From assembly GCA_038142525.1 (NCBI GenBank), contig JAYQKE010000014.1, positions 7,309-71,308 of the forward strand: DNA of 64,000 nt. The letters are read 5' to 3'. This document shows, piece by piece, positions 1 through 10,653 of this stretch (positions are counted from its first letter, which is position 1; each line of letters begins with the position of its first letter). The notes below the pieces were generated by a model. That model ran no database searches, was not told the DNA's origin, and was given only the letters and a program-made list of their open reading frames with translations. Source of the stretch: Rickettsiales bacterium (GTDB lineage Bacteria; Pseudomonadota; Alphaproteobacteria; Rickettsiales; UBA1997). Made by a program: the position numbers and the translations under genes.

Positions 1-38
1 AGGAAGAAAGTCAATGTTTTTTAATTTAAATTATTTTA

Positions 39-67
39 TTGACCAAGCCTAAAAAATATGGTACAAT
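39..67 (+). promoter_or_regulatory. candidate sigma70-type promoter
   Basis: TTGACC (39-44), a 17-bp spacer, then TG-n-TACAAT (59-67). It lies upstream of a short ATG ORF starting at 120 that is cut off by the IS end at 211. Confidence 0.3.
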
Positions 68-210
68 GTTACATTATTACAAATAATTATATGATATTTT
101 AAGTGAATTATGAAATAAGATGGGTGTTGAACTAGAATCGTATGAAGGTAGTGATGCTTCGTTAGAACTTAACCAATTAAGACAACAACTTTACAGAGAT
201 ACTACCTATA

Positions 211-641
211 GGAACCTCTGATTTTCCTATTTAATTTTGTCTATTTTTTCATTTTTCAGAAAAAATTTTTATAATTTGGATAAAGATTGCTAATTTTGTT
301 AAAAATTAACAATCTTTATCCAAATTTAGGCATTATTTGTGGTAATTTCTCTAGTTTCTTGTCTAATTTTACCATTTTTGGCTAAATTAGACACATTTAT
401 CCCTTGTTACGCTGTATTTGGTAGTATTTTTCTAACCATATAGAGATTAGCAAGGGATGATAGCATTTGTAATTGATTAGTATTCTTTTGTAAACCATTA
501 TATCTAACCTTTCTATAGCCCCAAAGATGCTTTATAATTTGAAATGGATGTTCAACTTTAGCTCGAACTGATGAAAATTGTTTATTCCTCTTTTTTTGCT
601 TATTTGAAAGTTTTTTGTTAGATTTAGCTCTATTGGTTATA
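211..641 (-). mobile_element. IS5-family element (type A), 3' fragment
   Basis: Begins with the terminal repeat GGAACCTCTGA and is colinear with the last ~431 bp of the full copies. It holds only the C-terminal 79 transposase codons (ORF 407-646). Homology stops at 641. Confidence 0.85.
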
Positions 642-699
642 GCCAACTAAATTAAGCTTGCATTTCTTGCGCCAGGAGAATAAAATTCTGGCAAAAACT

Positions 700-1323
700 A
701 TGCCAGTTCCATATTCTAATGATTTAAGAAAAAAGTTATTGATTTACTTGAGATCAACAAGAAGAGTCCAAAGGAGGTATCGTTATTGTTGAATATCCAT
801 CCAACGACTATAACTCGTTGGCACAAGAGATATAGAGAGGAAGGTCTTTATGAGTTTCGAGGCTATAACGATAATAAGGATAAGATTAAGATTAAAGATC
901 CTACGAAGATAAAGAAGATTATAGAAGAGAGTCCATTTATCAATTGTTACGAGATTGCAGAGATGATTGATGAGGATGTAACTGATGTAACAATATTGAA
1001 TTATATTAGAAGACTAGGATTGACCTTTAAAAAAACTCCAAGATATACAAAGAAAGGAATGAAAAACTTAGATCTGAATTCATAAAATCAATTGCCAATC
1101 TCGATCAAAAAAAGCTATATGATTTTGATGAGTCTGGTATCGATCTTGAGATTAACTGTGAATATGGATTTGCCAAAAAAGGAAAGAGGCTTGAAGTTCC
1201 AAGATCTGGTAGAAGAGGCAAAAGACTGAATATACTGGCGACAAGAAATCATAATAATGATTTAATATGTTCAAAAATATATGAATCATCAATTGATAAA
1301 CAAATATTTAAGGACTATCTTAA
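700..1323 (+). pseudogene. IS630/Tc1-mariner family transposase, N-terminal part, frameshifted and cut by an IS5 insertion
   Basis: ATG at 700 (MPVPYSNDLRKK..). The HTH part is ORF 786-1085, with an out-of-frame continuation (..DFDESGIDLE..GKRLNILAT..). The reading frame ends at the IS5 terminus at 1324. Confidence 0.7.
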
Positions 1324-2674
1324 GGAACCTCTGAAAAACCAATTATCTAATTTATAGATTTGAAACTGTTTAATTTTGTTATTTTTGCCAAAGTTTAGCA
1401 AAGTTATTTTATAAAATTTTGTTTGAATTTATTTGATAAAAATAGCCAGAAAAGCTTGATTTATCTAGCTTTTTTGCTTATTATTGATATATTAAATTCA
1501 AATAAAATATATAATTATGGCAACCCAGCAATCATTTTTTTCATTAGCAATTTCTGGTAGAAAATTAAGAGCGGAGAAGTTTCTTAATCAAATGACGGAT
1601 ATTATTCCATGGCAAAGATTGATTGATAAGATAGAGCCTTTTTATCCTAATGGTACTAGTGATTACGGTGGCAGGAAGGTGACAGATTTATTATTAATAT
1701 TTAAGATTCATTTGTTACAGCAGTGGTTTGGTCTTAGTGATCCAGCTATGGAGGATGCTATATATGATAGAATAAGTTTTCAAAAATTCTTAAATATTGA
1801 TATTGGTATTGATAATGTTCCGGATGAGACTGTGATATTGAGATTCCGTCATTTATTGGAAAAGCATAATTTATCGTCGATTATATTTAACGAGGTAAAT
1901 TCATATCTTGAAGAGAATGATCTTTTGTTGAAGGAGGGTACGATAACTGATGCGACATTAATATCTGCTCCAACTAGTACAAAAAACAAGAAGAGGAAAA
2001 GGGACCAAGAGATGTCTTCTACCAAGAAAGGGAAGAATTATTATTTTGGCATGAAGTCTCATATTGGTGTGCAAACTAAGGGTAAGCCAATTATTCATTC
2101 TATTGTCACGACGACAGCTAAAGATCATGATTCTACTAAAACAGAGGAGTTATTACATGGTGATGAAACTTCTTTATTTGGTGACAAGGCCTATGATGAT
2201 AAGGCAATAAAAAATTTTGTAGGAATCACAATATATTTTATGGTATAACCAATAGAGCTAAATCTAACAAAAAACTTTCAAATAAGCAAAAAAAGAGGAA
2301 TAAACAATTTTCATCAGTTCGAGCTAAAGTTGAACATCCATTTCAAATTATAAAGCATCTTTGGGGCTATAGAAAGGTTAGATATAATGGTTTACAAAAG
2401 AATACTAATCAATTACAAATGCTATCATCCCTTGCTAATCTCTATATGGTTAGAAAAATACTACCAAATACAGCGTAACAAGGGATAAATGTGTCTAATT
2501 TAGCCAAAAATGGTAAAATTAGACAAGAAACTAGAGAAATTACCACAAATAATGCCTAAATTTGGATAAAGATTGTTAATTTTTAACAAAATTAGCAATC
2601 TTTATCCAAATTATAAAAATTTTTTCTGAAAAATGAAAAAATAGACAAAATTAAATAGGAAAATCAGAGGTTCC
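1324..2674 (+). mobile_element. IS5-family element (type A), full length (1351 bp), transposase frameshifted
   Basis: GGAACCTCTGA at 1324-1334 and its reverse complement at 2664-2674. It is colinear with the 1352-bp intact copies apart from a 1-bp loss. Confidence 0.9.
1517..2478 (+). pseudogene. IS5-family (IS5 group) DDE transposase, 1-bp deletion
   Basis: The 243-aa ORF diverges at ..AIKNFVG, where intact copies read ..[14 protein letters not shown]. The remaining C-terminus is readable in another frame to the stop at 2476-2478. Confidence 0.9.
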
Positions 2675-2790
2675 TTTATTCTCATTTTAACTTAAATTGA
2701 CACAGTTAAAAAAACGCTCCCAAAGAAAAGTGTTAGATATGCCGCCTAAAAGTCTACTAATTTATGAAAGGGGTAATAGTTATATTTAAA
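2675..2790 (+). mobile_element. IS630-family element, 3' tail remnant
   Basis: Near-identical to the tail of the IS630 fragment at 52260-52332 (..aaagtgttagatatgccgcctaaaagtctactaatttatgaaaggg..). The middle of the element is missing. Confidence 0.55.
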
Positions 2791-2929
2791 GTTTTTCCCC
2801 ATTATTGAACATAATTTCAAAATTATGTCAATAAATTGTGATAAAGCAAAATTTCCAAAATCAAGAATTGCAAAATAATATTTAATTTTCTACAATCCAC
2901 CCTTTTAAGTATATCAAATTTAAGATTTA

Positions 2930-4101
2930 ATGTCTATAGAAATACAAGTTCCGGTTTTGGGTGAATCAGTTAGTGAAGCTACAATTGCAAAGATTTATAA
3001 AAATGTTGGTGAGACAGTTTCTGCTGATGAAATTTTGGTTGAATTAGAAACTGATAAAGTAACTTTAGAAGTTAATGCACCAGCAAATGGTACAATTACT
3101 GATCTGAAATTTACTGAAGGCGATAATGTTACAGTTGGACAGGTTTTAGCTCTTATGGAAGAAGGTGAAGGCGCGCGGTAAAGGTTGAAGCAGATGCTAA
3201 AGCGACAAATCAAGATGCACCAGTTCAAAATGCAACATCAGATAAAAAATCTGATCATTTATCTCCTGCTCCAAATAGGATTATTAATGAAAATAATCTT
3301 AATCAAAATTCAATCAAAGGTACTGGTAAGGATGGTAGAATAACTAAAGAAGATGCTTTAAATGCCAATAGTAAAGGTACTACTACAAATACTAACTCTG
3401 AAAAACCAGTTGAAAGAGTTAGAATGTCTAAGTTACGCCAAATTGTTGCTTCCAGACTTAAAGAATCTCAAAATACTGCAGCCATTTTAACAACTTTCAA
3501 TGAAGTGGATATGACTAATGTCATGGCGCTTCGTAGTGAATATAAGGATCAATTTTTAAAAAAACATGATGTAAAATTAGGTTTTATGTCTTTCTTTGTA
3601 AAAGCGACCATTGTCGCTTTAAAAGAAATTCCAGCAGTAAATGCTGAAATTGAAGGAACTGATATTCTTTATAAAAATTATTATGATATTGGTGTTGCAG
3701 TTGGATCACCTCAAGGTTTAGTTGTTCCCGTTCTTAGAAATTCTGATAAATTATCAGTTGCTGGCGTTGAATCTGGAATTTTAGATTTAGCCCTTAAAGC
3801 GAGAGATGGTAAATTATCTGTTCCAGATTTAACTGGTGCGACATTTACAATTTCTAATGGCGGTGTTTATGGCTCTTTAATGTCAACTCCAATCATTAAT
3901 CCTCCGCAATCTGGTATTTTAGGAATGCATAAAATTCAAGAAAGACCAATGGTTGTTAATGGCGAAATTAAGATTAGACCAATGATGTATTTGGCACTTT
4001 CTTATGATCACAGAATTATTGATGGTAAAGAAGCTGTTACTTTCTTAGTTAAAATTAAAGAATTAATTGAAGATCCAAGAAGATTATTATTAGATATATA
4101 A
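2930..4101 (+). pseudogene. sucB: 2-oxoglutarate dehydrogenase E2 (dihydrolipoyllysine succinyltransferase), one frameshift
   Basis: The lipoyl domain (ETDKV) is ORF 2930-3181. The E3-binding and catalytic domains (..DHRIIDG..) are in another frame that is open from 3169 to 4101. The shift lies inside ggcgcgcgg (3170-3178). Confidence 0.85.
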
Positions 4102-4174
4102 ATGTTACAGCAATTATCAATTTAAAATATTTTAAAGTTGATATTTGATATTATAAATAATTAATAAATAAATT

Positions 4175-4612
4175 ATGTTTGAAAATAACTCTCTTACAAC
4201 AAGAATAGGAATTGGTAAATTAGCTGGTTTTTCTATAGCGTTTTTTAGCATCTTATTATTTAATCTTTTTACAGGATATGAATTACCAACCATGTTTGCC
4301 TTTGGGGTAATTTTATGGTACACAACAATTGGTGCTATTATTGGGATTTTTGGGGTTTATAAATATCATCCTGTTCTAAAATTTCCTATGCCTTGGTGGT
4401 TTAGATCTTCTTTAATTGGAGCTTGGATGAATTTTGTCTTGGTATTATTATCTTATCAACAATTGGAAGAAATTATTATTGTAGCTCTTGGATTTGAGAC
4501 ATTTTTCCGTTCACCATTTTGGTTTGTAGCTGAAGGATTATTTGTAGGTTTAATAATTGGTTATCTTGCCACAAAATTTGGCGGTGAAGGTAGAAAAATA
4601 GTTGGAAAATAA
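4175..4612 (+). CDS. hypothetical integral membrane protein (about 4 TM helices)
   Basis: A 145-aa ORF with four hydrophobic stretches. No family recognised. Confidence 0.55.
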   Translation: MFENNSLTTRIGIGKLAGFSIAFFSILLFNLFTGYELPTMFAFGVILWYTTIGAIIGIFGVYKYHPVLKFPMPWWFRSSLIGAWMNFVLVLLSYQQLEEIIIVALGFETFFRSPFWFVAEGLFVGLIIGYLATKFGGEGRKIVGK

Positions 4613-4634
4613 CAATACTAAACAAATTCTTACC

Positions 4635-4655
4635 AAATGATCTTTGATCATTTTT
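4635..4655. terminator. bidirectional hairpin between convergent genes
   Basis: AAATGATC-ttt-GATCATTT followed by a T-run. It lies between the membrane-protein gene (+) and guaA (-). Confidence 0.45.
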
Positions 4656-4676
4656 GGTTGGGTTCACTATAGCAAC

Positions 4677-6212
4677 TCATTCCCACTCAATTGTTCCTGG
4701 TGGCTTAGAAGTCACATCATAAGTTACCCTATTAACTCCCCTAACCTGTGAGATAATTTTTCCAGAAAGTTGTGCTAAAAATTTAGTATCAAAATGATAA
4801 ATATCTGCTGTCATACCATCAATAGAAGTTACGGCACGAATAGATAAAACATATTCATAAGTTCTTTCATCACCCATAACGCCAACAGTTTTTACTGGCA
4901 ATAAAACACAAAAGGCCTGCCAAATTTCATCATAAAGATTATTTTTCTTTAATTCTGCAATATAAATAGCATCTGCTTTTTGTAAAATATCAATCTTTTC
5001 TTCAGAAATTTCTCCTAAAATCCTAATGGCCAAACCAGGACCTGGAAAAGGATGGCGTGCAATAATTTTATCAGGAAGCCCTAATTCTTTACCCAATTTT
5101 CTAACTTCATCTTTGAATAAAGTTTTTACTGGTTCAATTAATTTTAGCTTCATATCTTCTGGCAATCCACCAACATTATGATGTGATTTGATAGTTTTGC
5201 TATTACCAGAATTTGGATGAGAAGATTCAATAATATCAGGATATAAAGTTCCTTGTGCCAAAAATTTAGCATTAATTTTTGCTGACTCTACATCAAAAAT
5301 ATCAATAAAAGTCTTACCAATAATTTTTCTTTTTTTCTCAGGATCGGAAATTCCTGCTAAATTTTTTAAAAAAATATCCCGAGCATCAACATAAACTAAA
5401 TTAATTTTAAAATGATCCTCAAAAATTTCCTTAACCTCTTTACCCTCATCTTTTCTAAGAAGACCGTGATCAACAAAAATACAAATTAAATTATCAGCAA
5501 TTGCTTTATGGATCAAGGCTGCAACAACAGAAGAATCCACGCCACCACTAAGGCCGCAAATTACCTTTTCATTACCAACTTCATCTCTAATTTTGATAAT
5601 TTGTTCATTCATAAAATTACCCATATTCCAATCTTGCTGACAATTGGCGATCTTTAAGACAAAATTTGCAATGAGCTTTTCACCTTCTAATGAATGAGAT
5701 ACTTCAGGATGAAATTGCACACCATAGACTTTCCTCTTTTTACATTCAATAGCAGCAAAAGGTGCATTTTCGGTAGTTGCAATAATATCAAAATCATCAG
5801 GGATTTTGGTCATTACATCGCCATGAGACATCCAAACTTGACTTTTTTTAGAGTCAAAATTAGAAAAAAGATCAGAATCTAATTGAATATCAATAAAGGC
5901 TTGGCCAAATTCTCTATCACTTGCGGATTCAACCTTACCGCCAAGTAATTTAGCAATTAATTGTTGACCATAACAAATACCTAAAATTGGAATATCTAGA
6001 TCAAAAATTGATTTATCAATATGAGGGGAAAAATCTTCATTAACAGAATTTGGGCCACCAGAAAAAATAATAGCTTTTGGAGATAATTTTTTAATTTCCT
6101 CTAAAGTAATATTGCAATTTTTAACAATAGAAAAAACTGATAATTCTCTGACTCTTCTGGCAATTAATTCTGTAACTTGACTACCAAAATCGATTATTAG
6201 GACTGAATTCAT
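4677..6212 (-). CDS. guaA: GMP synthase (glutamine-hydrolysing)
   Basis: Full-length GATase plus ATP-pyrophosphatase domains (SGGVDSS motif, ..PPGTIEWE end). The start is taken at MNSVLIIDFGSQ because the longer ORF start at 6287 overlaps tRNA-Gly. Confidence 0.93.
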   Translation of the reverse strand: MNSVLIIDFGSQVTELIARRVRELSVFSIVKNCNITLEEIKKLSPKAIIFSGGPNSVNEDFSPHIDKSIFDLDIPILGICYGQQLIAKLLGGKVESASDREFGQAFIDIQLDSDLFSNFDSKKSQVWMSHGDVMTKIPDDFDIIATTENAPFAAIECKKRKVYGVQFHPEVSHSLEGEKLIANFVLKIANCQQDWNMGNFMNEQIIKIRDEVGNEKVICGLSGGVDSSVVAALIHKAIADNLICIFVDHGLLRKDEGKEVKEIFEDHFKINLVYVDARDIFLKNLAGISDPEKKRKIIGKTFIDIFDVESAKINAKFLAQGTLYPDIIESSHPNSGNSKTIKSHHNVGGLPEDMKLKLIEPVKTLFKDEVRKLGKELGLPDKIIARHPFPGPGLAIRILGEISEEKIDILQKADAIYIAELKKNNLYDEIWQAFCVLLPVKTVGVMGDERTYEYVLSIRAVTSIDGMTADIYHFDTKFLAQLSGKIISQVRGVNRVTYDVTSKPPGTIEWE

Positions 6213-6242
6213 GAATAGGATTTGAAACTTCTTGGAAACATC

Positions 6243-6317
6243 TGGAGCGGGCGAAGGGGTTCGAACCCTCGACCCCAACCTTGGCAAGGTTGTGCTCTAC
6301 CACTGAGCTACGCCCGC
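6243..6317 (-). tRNA. tRNA-Gly (GCC)
   Basis: Cloverleaf folded by hand: GCGGGCG acceptor stem, anticodon loop TTGCCAA, T-loop TTCGAAC, encoded CCA. Confidence 0.9.
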
Positions 6318-6412
6318 AAAAAAAATAATTATAATTTTTTAAAATAAAAAAACAATTAGTTATTTTTTAAAATTTTTGTGCTAAATTTAATTTTAAAATT
6401 ACATTATATTTA

Positions 6413-6489
6413 GCATCTGTAGCTTAACTGGATAGAGCACTGCCCTCCGAAGGCAGAGATTGCGGGTTCAAATCCCGCCAGATGCACCA
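6413..6489 (+). tRNA. tRNA-Arg (CCG)
   Basis: GCATCTG acceptor stem, anticodon stem-loop CTGCC-CTCCGAA-GGCAG, T-loop TTCAAAT, encoded CCA. Confidence 0.9.
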
Positions 6490-6521
6490 ATATGGTAAAA
6501 ATTAAGCTTGATTAAACCACT

Positions 6522-6551
6522 CCCCAAAAAACTAGTTCAGGTTTTTTAGGG
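6522..6551. terminator. hairpin between tRNA-Arg (+) and clpX (-)
   Basis: CCCCAAAAAAC / GTTTTTTAGGG form an 11-bp stem with one mismatch and an 8-nt loop. Confidence 0.45.
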
Positions 6552-6565
6552 TTTGTATAACTAAC

Positions 6566-7852
6566 TTAAGAGCTTTTAAATTCTAAAGTTTTTTTATCTT
6601 TAGATTTTTTAGATTCCTTATCAAACTCAATCTCAGGATCGCTATTATTTAAAACATTATCTTCAGAAATTTTAACCTTAGAAACATTTTTCATAGAAGG
6701 AACGCTATACATTGTTTCCAAAAGAACCTCTTCAAAAATAGCTCTTAAACCTCTAGCTCCCGTCTTATATTTAAAGGCTTTGGTAGCAAAAGCTTCAATT
6801 GCTTTATCAGAGAATTCTAATTTTATATCATCTAATTTGAATAATTTTTCATATTCTTTAACAATAGAGTTTTTAGGCTCAGTAAGAATTCTAACCAAAT
6901 CCGCCTCATCAAGATTATCTAAAGGTGCAATGATTGGTAATCTTCCTATTAATTCAGGAATAATACCAAAATCAATAATATCTTGAACTTTAACATTCTC
7001 AAAAATATCCTTGCCAATTTTTTCCTCTGACTTTACGTCAGCGGTAAAACCAATAGTACTACCTTGTTGCCTTTTTGCGATAATCTTTTCTAAACCATAA
7101 AAAGAACCACCGCAAATGAATAATATATTTTGAGTATCGATTTGAACATAATCACCAGTACCATTCTTCTTACCTGGAGTTGTAGGTATTGATGCAATAG
7201 TTCCTTCTATAATTTTTAACAATCCCTGTTGCACACCTTCACCTGAAATATCCTTAGGAGAAGATCCCTGACTTGATTTTTTAGTAATTTTGTCAATTTC
7301 ATCAATATAAACTATACCCCTTTGTGTTTTAGCAATATCATAATTAGCATCTTGGAATAATCTTGAAATAATATTCTCAATATCATCCCCAACATAACCA
7401 GCTTCAGTTAAAGAAGTAGCGTCAGCCATAGTAAATGGTACATCAAGAATTTTTGCTAAAGTTCTAGCAAGAAGAGTTTTACCGCAACCGGTAGGGCCAA
7501 TAAGTAAAATATTAGATTTATTAATATCCGCATCCGATTTGCTATCAGATTGAATTAGATCAATTCTTTTATAATGATTATAAACAGCAACTGATAAAAC
7601 TTTTTTAGCTAAATCTTGACCAATAATATAATCATCTAAAGTTTTAATAATATCTTTTGGTAAAACTTTTTTACCAGATTTTATTGAATAAGATTTTTTG
7701 TTATTTTCTTGGATAATTTCGTTACATAAAGCAACACATTCATCGCAAATAAAAACAGCAGGGCCAGCAATTAATTTCTTAACATTTTTTTGACTCTTAC
7801 CACAAAATGAGCAACTTAAATCTTGATCATCCTTTTTTTTATCTTTTGTCAT
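6566..7852 (-). CDS. clpX: ATP-dependent Clp protease ATP-binding subunit ClpX
   Basis: N-terminal C4 zinc finger (CSFCGK..CDEC), Walker A GPTGCGKT. Full length at 428 aa and directly downstream of clpP. Confidence 0.96.
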   Translation of the reverse strand: MTKDKKKDDQDLSCSFCGKSQKNVKKLIAGPAVFICDECVALCNEIIQENNKKSYSIKSGKKVLPKDIIKTLDDYIIGQDLAKKVLSVAVYNHYKRIDLIQSDSKSDADINKSNILLIGPTGCGKTLLARTLAKILDVPFTMADATSLTEAGYVGDDIENIISRLFQDANYDIAKTQRGIVYIDEIDKITKKSSQGSSPKDISGEGVQQGLLKIIEGTIASIPTTPGKKNGTGDYVQIDTQNILFICGGSFYGLEKIIAKRQQGSTIGFTADVKSEEKIGKDIFENVKVQDIIDFGIIPELIGRLPIIAPLDNLDEADLVRILTEPKNSIVKEYEKLFKLDDIKLEFSDKAIEAFATKAFKYKTGARGLRAIFEEVLLETMYSVPSMKNVSKVKISEDNVLNNSDPEIEFDKESKKSKDKKTLEFKSS

Positions 7853-7874
7853 AATTTAAAATTTAAGTTATAAA

Positions 7875-8471
7875 TTATTGGTCCTCACCCCTAACAGAGG
7901 CGATTTTGTCAATTAATCCAAATTTTAGAGCGTCTTCTGGAGACATAAAATTATCTCTTTCCATAGCTTTCTCAACAACAGGTAATTTTTGACCTGTATG
8001 TTTAACATAAATATCATTTAAACGTTTTTTTAAAGATATAGTCTCTCTAGCATGAATTTCAATATCAGTAGCCTGCCCTCTAAAACCGCCGGAAGGTTGA
8101 TGAATCATTACTCTAGAATTAGGCAAACAATATCTCTTACCTTTGGCACCAGCCATTAATAAAAGAGAGCCCATAGAGGCCGCTTGACCCATACAAAGAG
8201 TTGCTACATCAGGCTTAATATATTGCATGGTATCATAAATTGCCAAACCAGAAGTAACAACGCCACCTGGAGAATTTATATATAGATAAATATCTTTGTC
8301 TGGATTTTCTGACTCTAAAAATAATAATTGTGAAACAATTAAAGTTGAAATATTATCTTCAACTTGACCACTAAGAAAAATAATTCTTTCTTTTAAGAGC
8401 CTGGAATAAATATCAAAAGATCTTTCGCCCTTTGAAGTCTGTTCGATAACTATTGGTACTAAATTTGACAT
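7875..8471 (-). CDS. clpP: ATP-dependent Clp protease proteolytic subunit
   Basis: 198 aa with the catalytic context GQAASMGS / MIHQP / ERDNFM. Confidence 0.96.
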   Translation of the reverse strand: MSNLVPIVIEQTSKGERSFDIYSRLLKERIIFLSGQVEDNISTLIVSQLLFLESENPDKDIYLYINSPGGVVTSGLAIYDTMQYIKPDVATLCMGQAASMGSLLLMAGAKGKRYCLPNSRVMIHQPSGGFRGQATDIEIHARETISLKKRLNDIYVKHTGQKLPVVEKAMERDNFMSPEDALKFGLIDKIASVRGEDQ

Positions 8472-8552
8472 ATTCTATTTTAATATTAAATTAGGAATTG
8501 AAGATTAAACATACTAAAATGGAATTAATTATTTACAATTTAATTATTAAAA

Positions 8553-9122
8553 ATGGCAACAGAAAATTCACAAAATGATCAAGAAAACTTCGAAGATCAA
8601 ACTTCAAACGAAAATATTAATGATCAAAATGACTCTCAAGAAGAAATAGACTCTCTAAAGCAAAAAAATGCTGATTTAGAAGTAATAATTGGCGATTTAA
8701 ATAAAAAATTATTAATTAGAGCGGCAGATATTGAAAATTTAAGAAAAAGACATAAGGAAGAAATTGAAAAATCTCATAAATATGCCATTTCAAATTTTGC
8801 TGCTGATATAACTATAGTTTCTGAACAATTATTTTTAGCAGAAGAAAATATGCCAAAGGAAGAAATAGCCAAAAGTGAAAAAACTCAAAATTTTGCTGAT
8901 GCTGTTATCATGACTAAAAATGAATTATTAAAAACTCTTGAAAAATATCAAATTAATAGAATTTATCCATTAAATCAAAAATTTGACCATAATCTACATG
9001 AAGCAATTTCTAGAATAAAAGATGAGGGTGAAGAAGATATAGTAAAGCAAGTGATTCAAGCTGGATATAAAATTTCAGATCGATTAATAAAATCTGCTCT
9101 AGTTGCGGTATCAACAAAATAA
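8553..9122 (+). CDS. grpE: nucleotide exchange factor GrpE
   Basis: 189 aa with GrpE-like coiled-coil and C-terminal beta domains (..RKRHKEEIEK..GYKISDRLIKSALV..). Confidence 0.9.
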   Translation: MATENSQNDQENFEDQTSNENINDQNDSQEEIDSLKQKNADLEVIIGDLNKKLLIRAADIENLRKRHKEEIEKSHKYAISNFAADITIVSEQLFLAEENMPKEEIAKSEKTQNFADAVIMTKNELLKTLEKYQINRIYPLNQKFDHNLHEAISRIKDEGEEDIVKQVIQAGYKISDRLIKSALVAVSTK

Positions 9123-9124
9123 TA

Positions 9125-9988
9125 ATGTCAGAATTGCAATTAGCAAAATCACTAGAAGAAACTGGAGAAATAATTCAAAATAGAATAGATAGATTATTAA
9201 AAATTAATGAAAAAACCTATGCCCCAAAATTAGTTGAGGCCATAAGATATAGCTCTCTCATTAAAGGAAAAAACATTAGACCTTTCCTGACCATAACCAT
9301 TTCAGAGATTTTTGGCACTAAAAATCAATATGTAATAGATGTGGCAGTAGCAATTGAAATAATACATATCTATTCTTTAATACATGATGACTTACCGGCG
9401 ATGGATGATGATGATTATCGACGTAAACAACTTAGTTGCCATAAAAAATATGATGAAGCAACTGCAATTTTAGCAGGGGATTCATTGCTAACATTTGCCT
9501 TTGAAATATTATCAAATATTGAAGATTATAGCAATTCTTATAACAAATTAAAATTAATTAATATGATTGCCAAAAATATTGGCTTTCAAGGTATGGCTGG
9601 TGGTCAAATGTTAGATCTAGAAGCAAAGAATAGATCAAAATCAAAAAATATATCAAAAATTCATTTACTTAAAACTGGTAAATTATTTGCTGCAGCAATT
9701 GAAGCGGCCATTATTTTAAGTAATATATCCAGCAACAATAAAGAATATTTGCTATCATATGGCCATGAGCTTGGCTTGCTATTTCAAATCAAAGATGATA
9801 TATTGGACCATCATTGTGATGATCAACAAAATTTAGATCCTGTTAGCATTGTTGATAATATTGGTCTTGCAAATGCTGAAAAACAGATGGAATTAATATA
9901 TAACAAAACCCTATCTCACCTGGATCAATTTGGTAATGAAGTTTTTCTTTTAAGGGAATTGCCAAAATTTATCATTAATCAAAATTAG
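9125..9988 (+). CDS. ispA: farnesyl/geranyl diphosphate synthase (polyprenyl synthetase)
   Basis: First Asp-rich motif HDDLPAMDDDDYRR and second motif KDDILD. 287 aa. Confidence 0.88.
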   Translation: MSELQLAKSLEETGEIIQNRIDRLLKINEKTYAPKLVEAIRYSSLIKGKNIRPFLTITISEIFGTKNQYVIDVAVAIEIIHIYSLIHDDLPAMDDDDYRRKQLSCHKKYDEATAILAGDSLLTFAFEILSNIEDYSNSYNKLKLINMIAKNIGFQGMAGGQMLDLEAKNRSKSKNISKIHLLKTGKLFAAAIEAAIILSNISSNNKEYLLSYGHELGLLFQIKDDILDHHCDDQQNLDPVSIVDNIGLANAEKQMELIYNKTLSHLDQFGNEVFLLRELPKFIINQN

Positions 9989-10062
9989 CTGTCATAGCTC
10001 AGCGGTAGAGCACTTCATTGGTAATGAAGAGGTCGGGGGTTCAAGTCCCCCTGACAGCACCA
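9988..10062 (+). tRNA. tRNA-Thr (GGT)
   Basis: GCTGTCA acceptor stem, anticodon loop TTGGTAA, T-loop TTCAAGT, encoded CCA. It starts at the last base of the ispA stop codon. Confidence 0.9.
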
Positions 10063-10305
10063 GTATTATAGGGGTTAATAGCTTTCATATAATATTTTAT
10101 ATTTTATTGGTGCCGAATTTATCTCAAAATTCAATTAAGATAAAATAATTTTAATAAAACAACATAAAACTATTTGACTTTTTATTTTTATTGTTTATCT
10201 TTTACTTAACACTTTAAATATTTATTAATATCTATTTGATTTGTTAATTATAGTTTAATAGTGAAAAGTTATTAGGTAAAAAGTTAAAATAAGGGATAAA
10301 GGGCT

Positions 10306-10653
10306 ATGACAACAATAAAAAACGATATTCTTCAAAAGGGTTTTGGAGAAATTATAAGAAATAAAAGATTAGAAATGAAAATTGGATTAAGAGAATTTGC
10401 TGAAAAAGTAAAATTAAGTCCGACATTCATTTCTAAAATGGAGGTTGGAGAATTTAAGCCACCAAAAGAAGAAAATATTGTTAAAATTGCTAAAATTTTA
10501 GATCTTAATATTGATCTTCTAATGGCTAAGGCTGACAAGGTATCATCTGACTTAAAAAACATCATTAATAAAGAACCAGAATTATTTGCTTCTTTTTTAA
10601 GAAAAGCCTCCGAGAAAAAAAATTTAAAAGAATATTTAGAACAAATTAAATGA
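10306..10653 (+). CDS. XRE-family helix-turn-helix transcriptional regulator
   Basis: HTH_3-like N-terminus (..IRNKRLEMKIGLREFAEKVKLSPTFISKMEVGE..). There is a 4-bp ATGA overlap with the next ORF. Confidence 0.75.
   Translation: MTTIKNDILQKGFGEIIRNKRLEMKIGLREFAEKVKLSPTFISKMEVGEFKPPKEENIVKIAKILDLNIDLLMAKADKVSSDLKNIINKEPELFASFLRKASEKKNLKEYLEQIK

Noticed and set aside
2790-2834. The short frame just right of the IS630 tail reads (S)FSPLLNIISKLCQ*. It would continue sucA's ..KYVGRIA into the conserved GR-x-AS-x-SP C-terminal motif. That would make it the missing sucA 3' end sitting upstream of sucB.
   Set aside because: The match is too short and degenerate, and its first codon overlaps the ambiguous IS630 end. 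It cannot be distinguished from chance by eye. It is noted only as something an alignment with orthologous sucA could test.
2995-3228. Many 60-85-aa ORFs lie antisense to, or out of frame within, recognised genes. Examples are 2995-3228, 4132-4323, 4476-4667, 5694-5882, 6780-6986, 10332-10565, 22925-23134, 23877-24153, 27275-27457, 43783-44040, 46659-46910, 47140-47331, 49383-49571, 52833-53072, 53411-53653, 56746-56970, 59473-59655 and 63549-63731.
   Set aside because: All lie inside or opposite well-supported genes and have low-complexity, AT-codon-driven composition with no recognisable motifs. They are treated as shadow ORFs.
6213-6287. A 25-codon N-terminal extension of guaA (MPRLGSRVRTPSPAPDVSKKFQILF) appears in the ORF track.
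   Set aside because: The extension overlaps tRNA-Gly(GCC) on the same strand and has no GuaA-like sequence. The conserved protein starts at MNSVLIIDFGSQ (6212).
8472-8552. The divergent clpP / grpE intergenic region might contain a heat-shock (sigma-32) promoter or a CIRCE element.
   Set aside because: I found no convincing CTTGAA..CCCCAT-type pair or CIRCE inverted repeat. The region is simply AT-rich, so no call is made.
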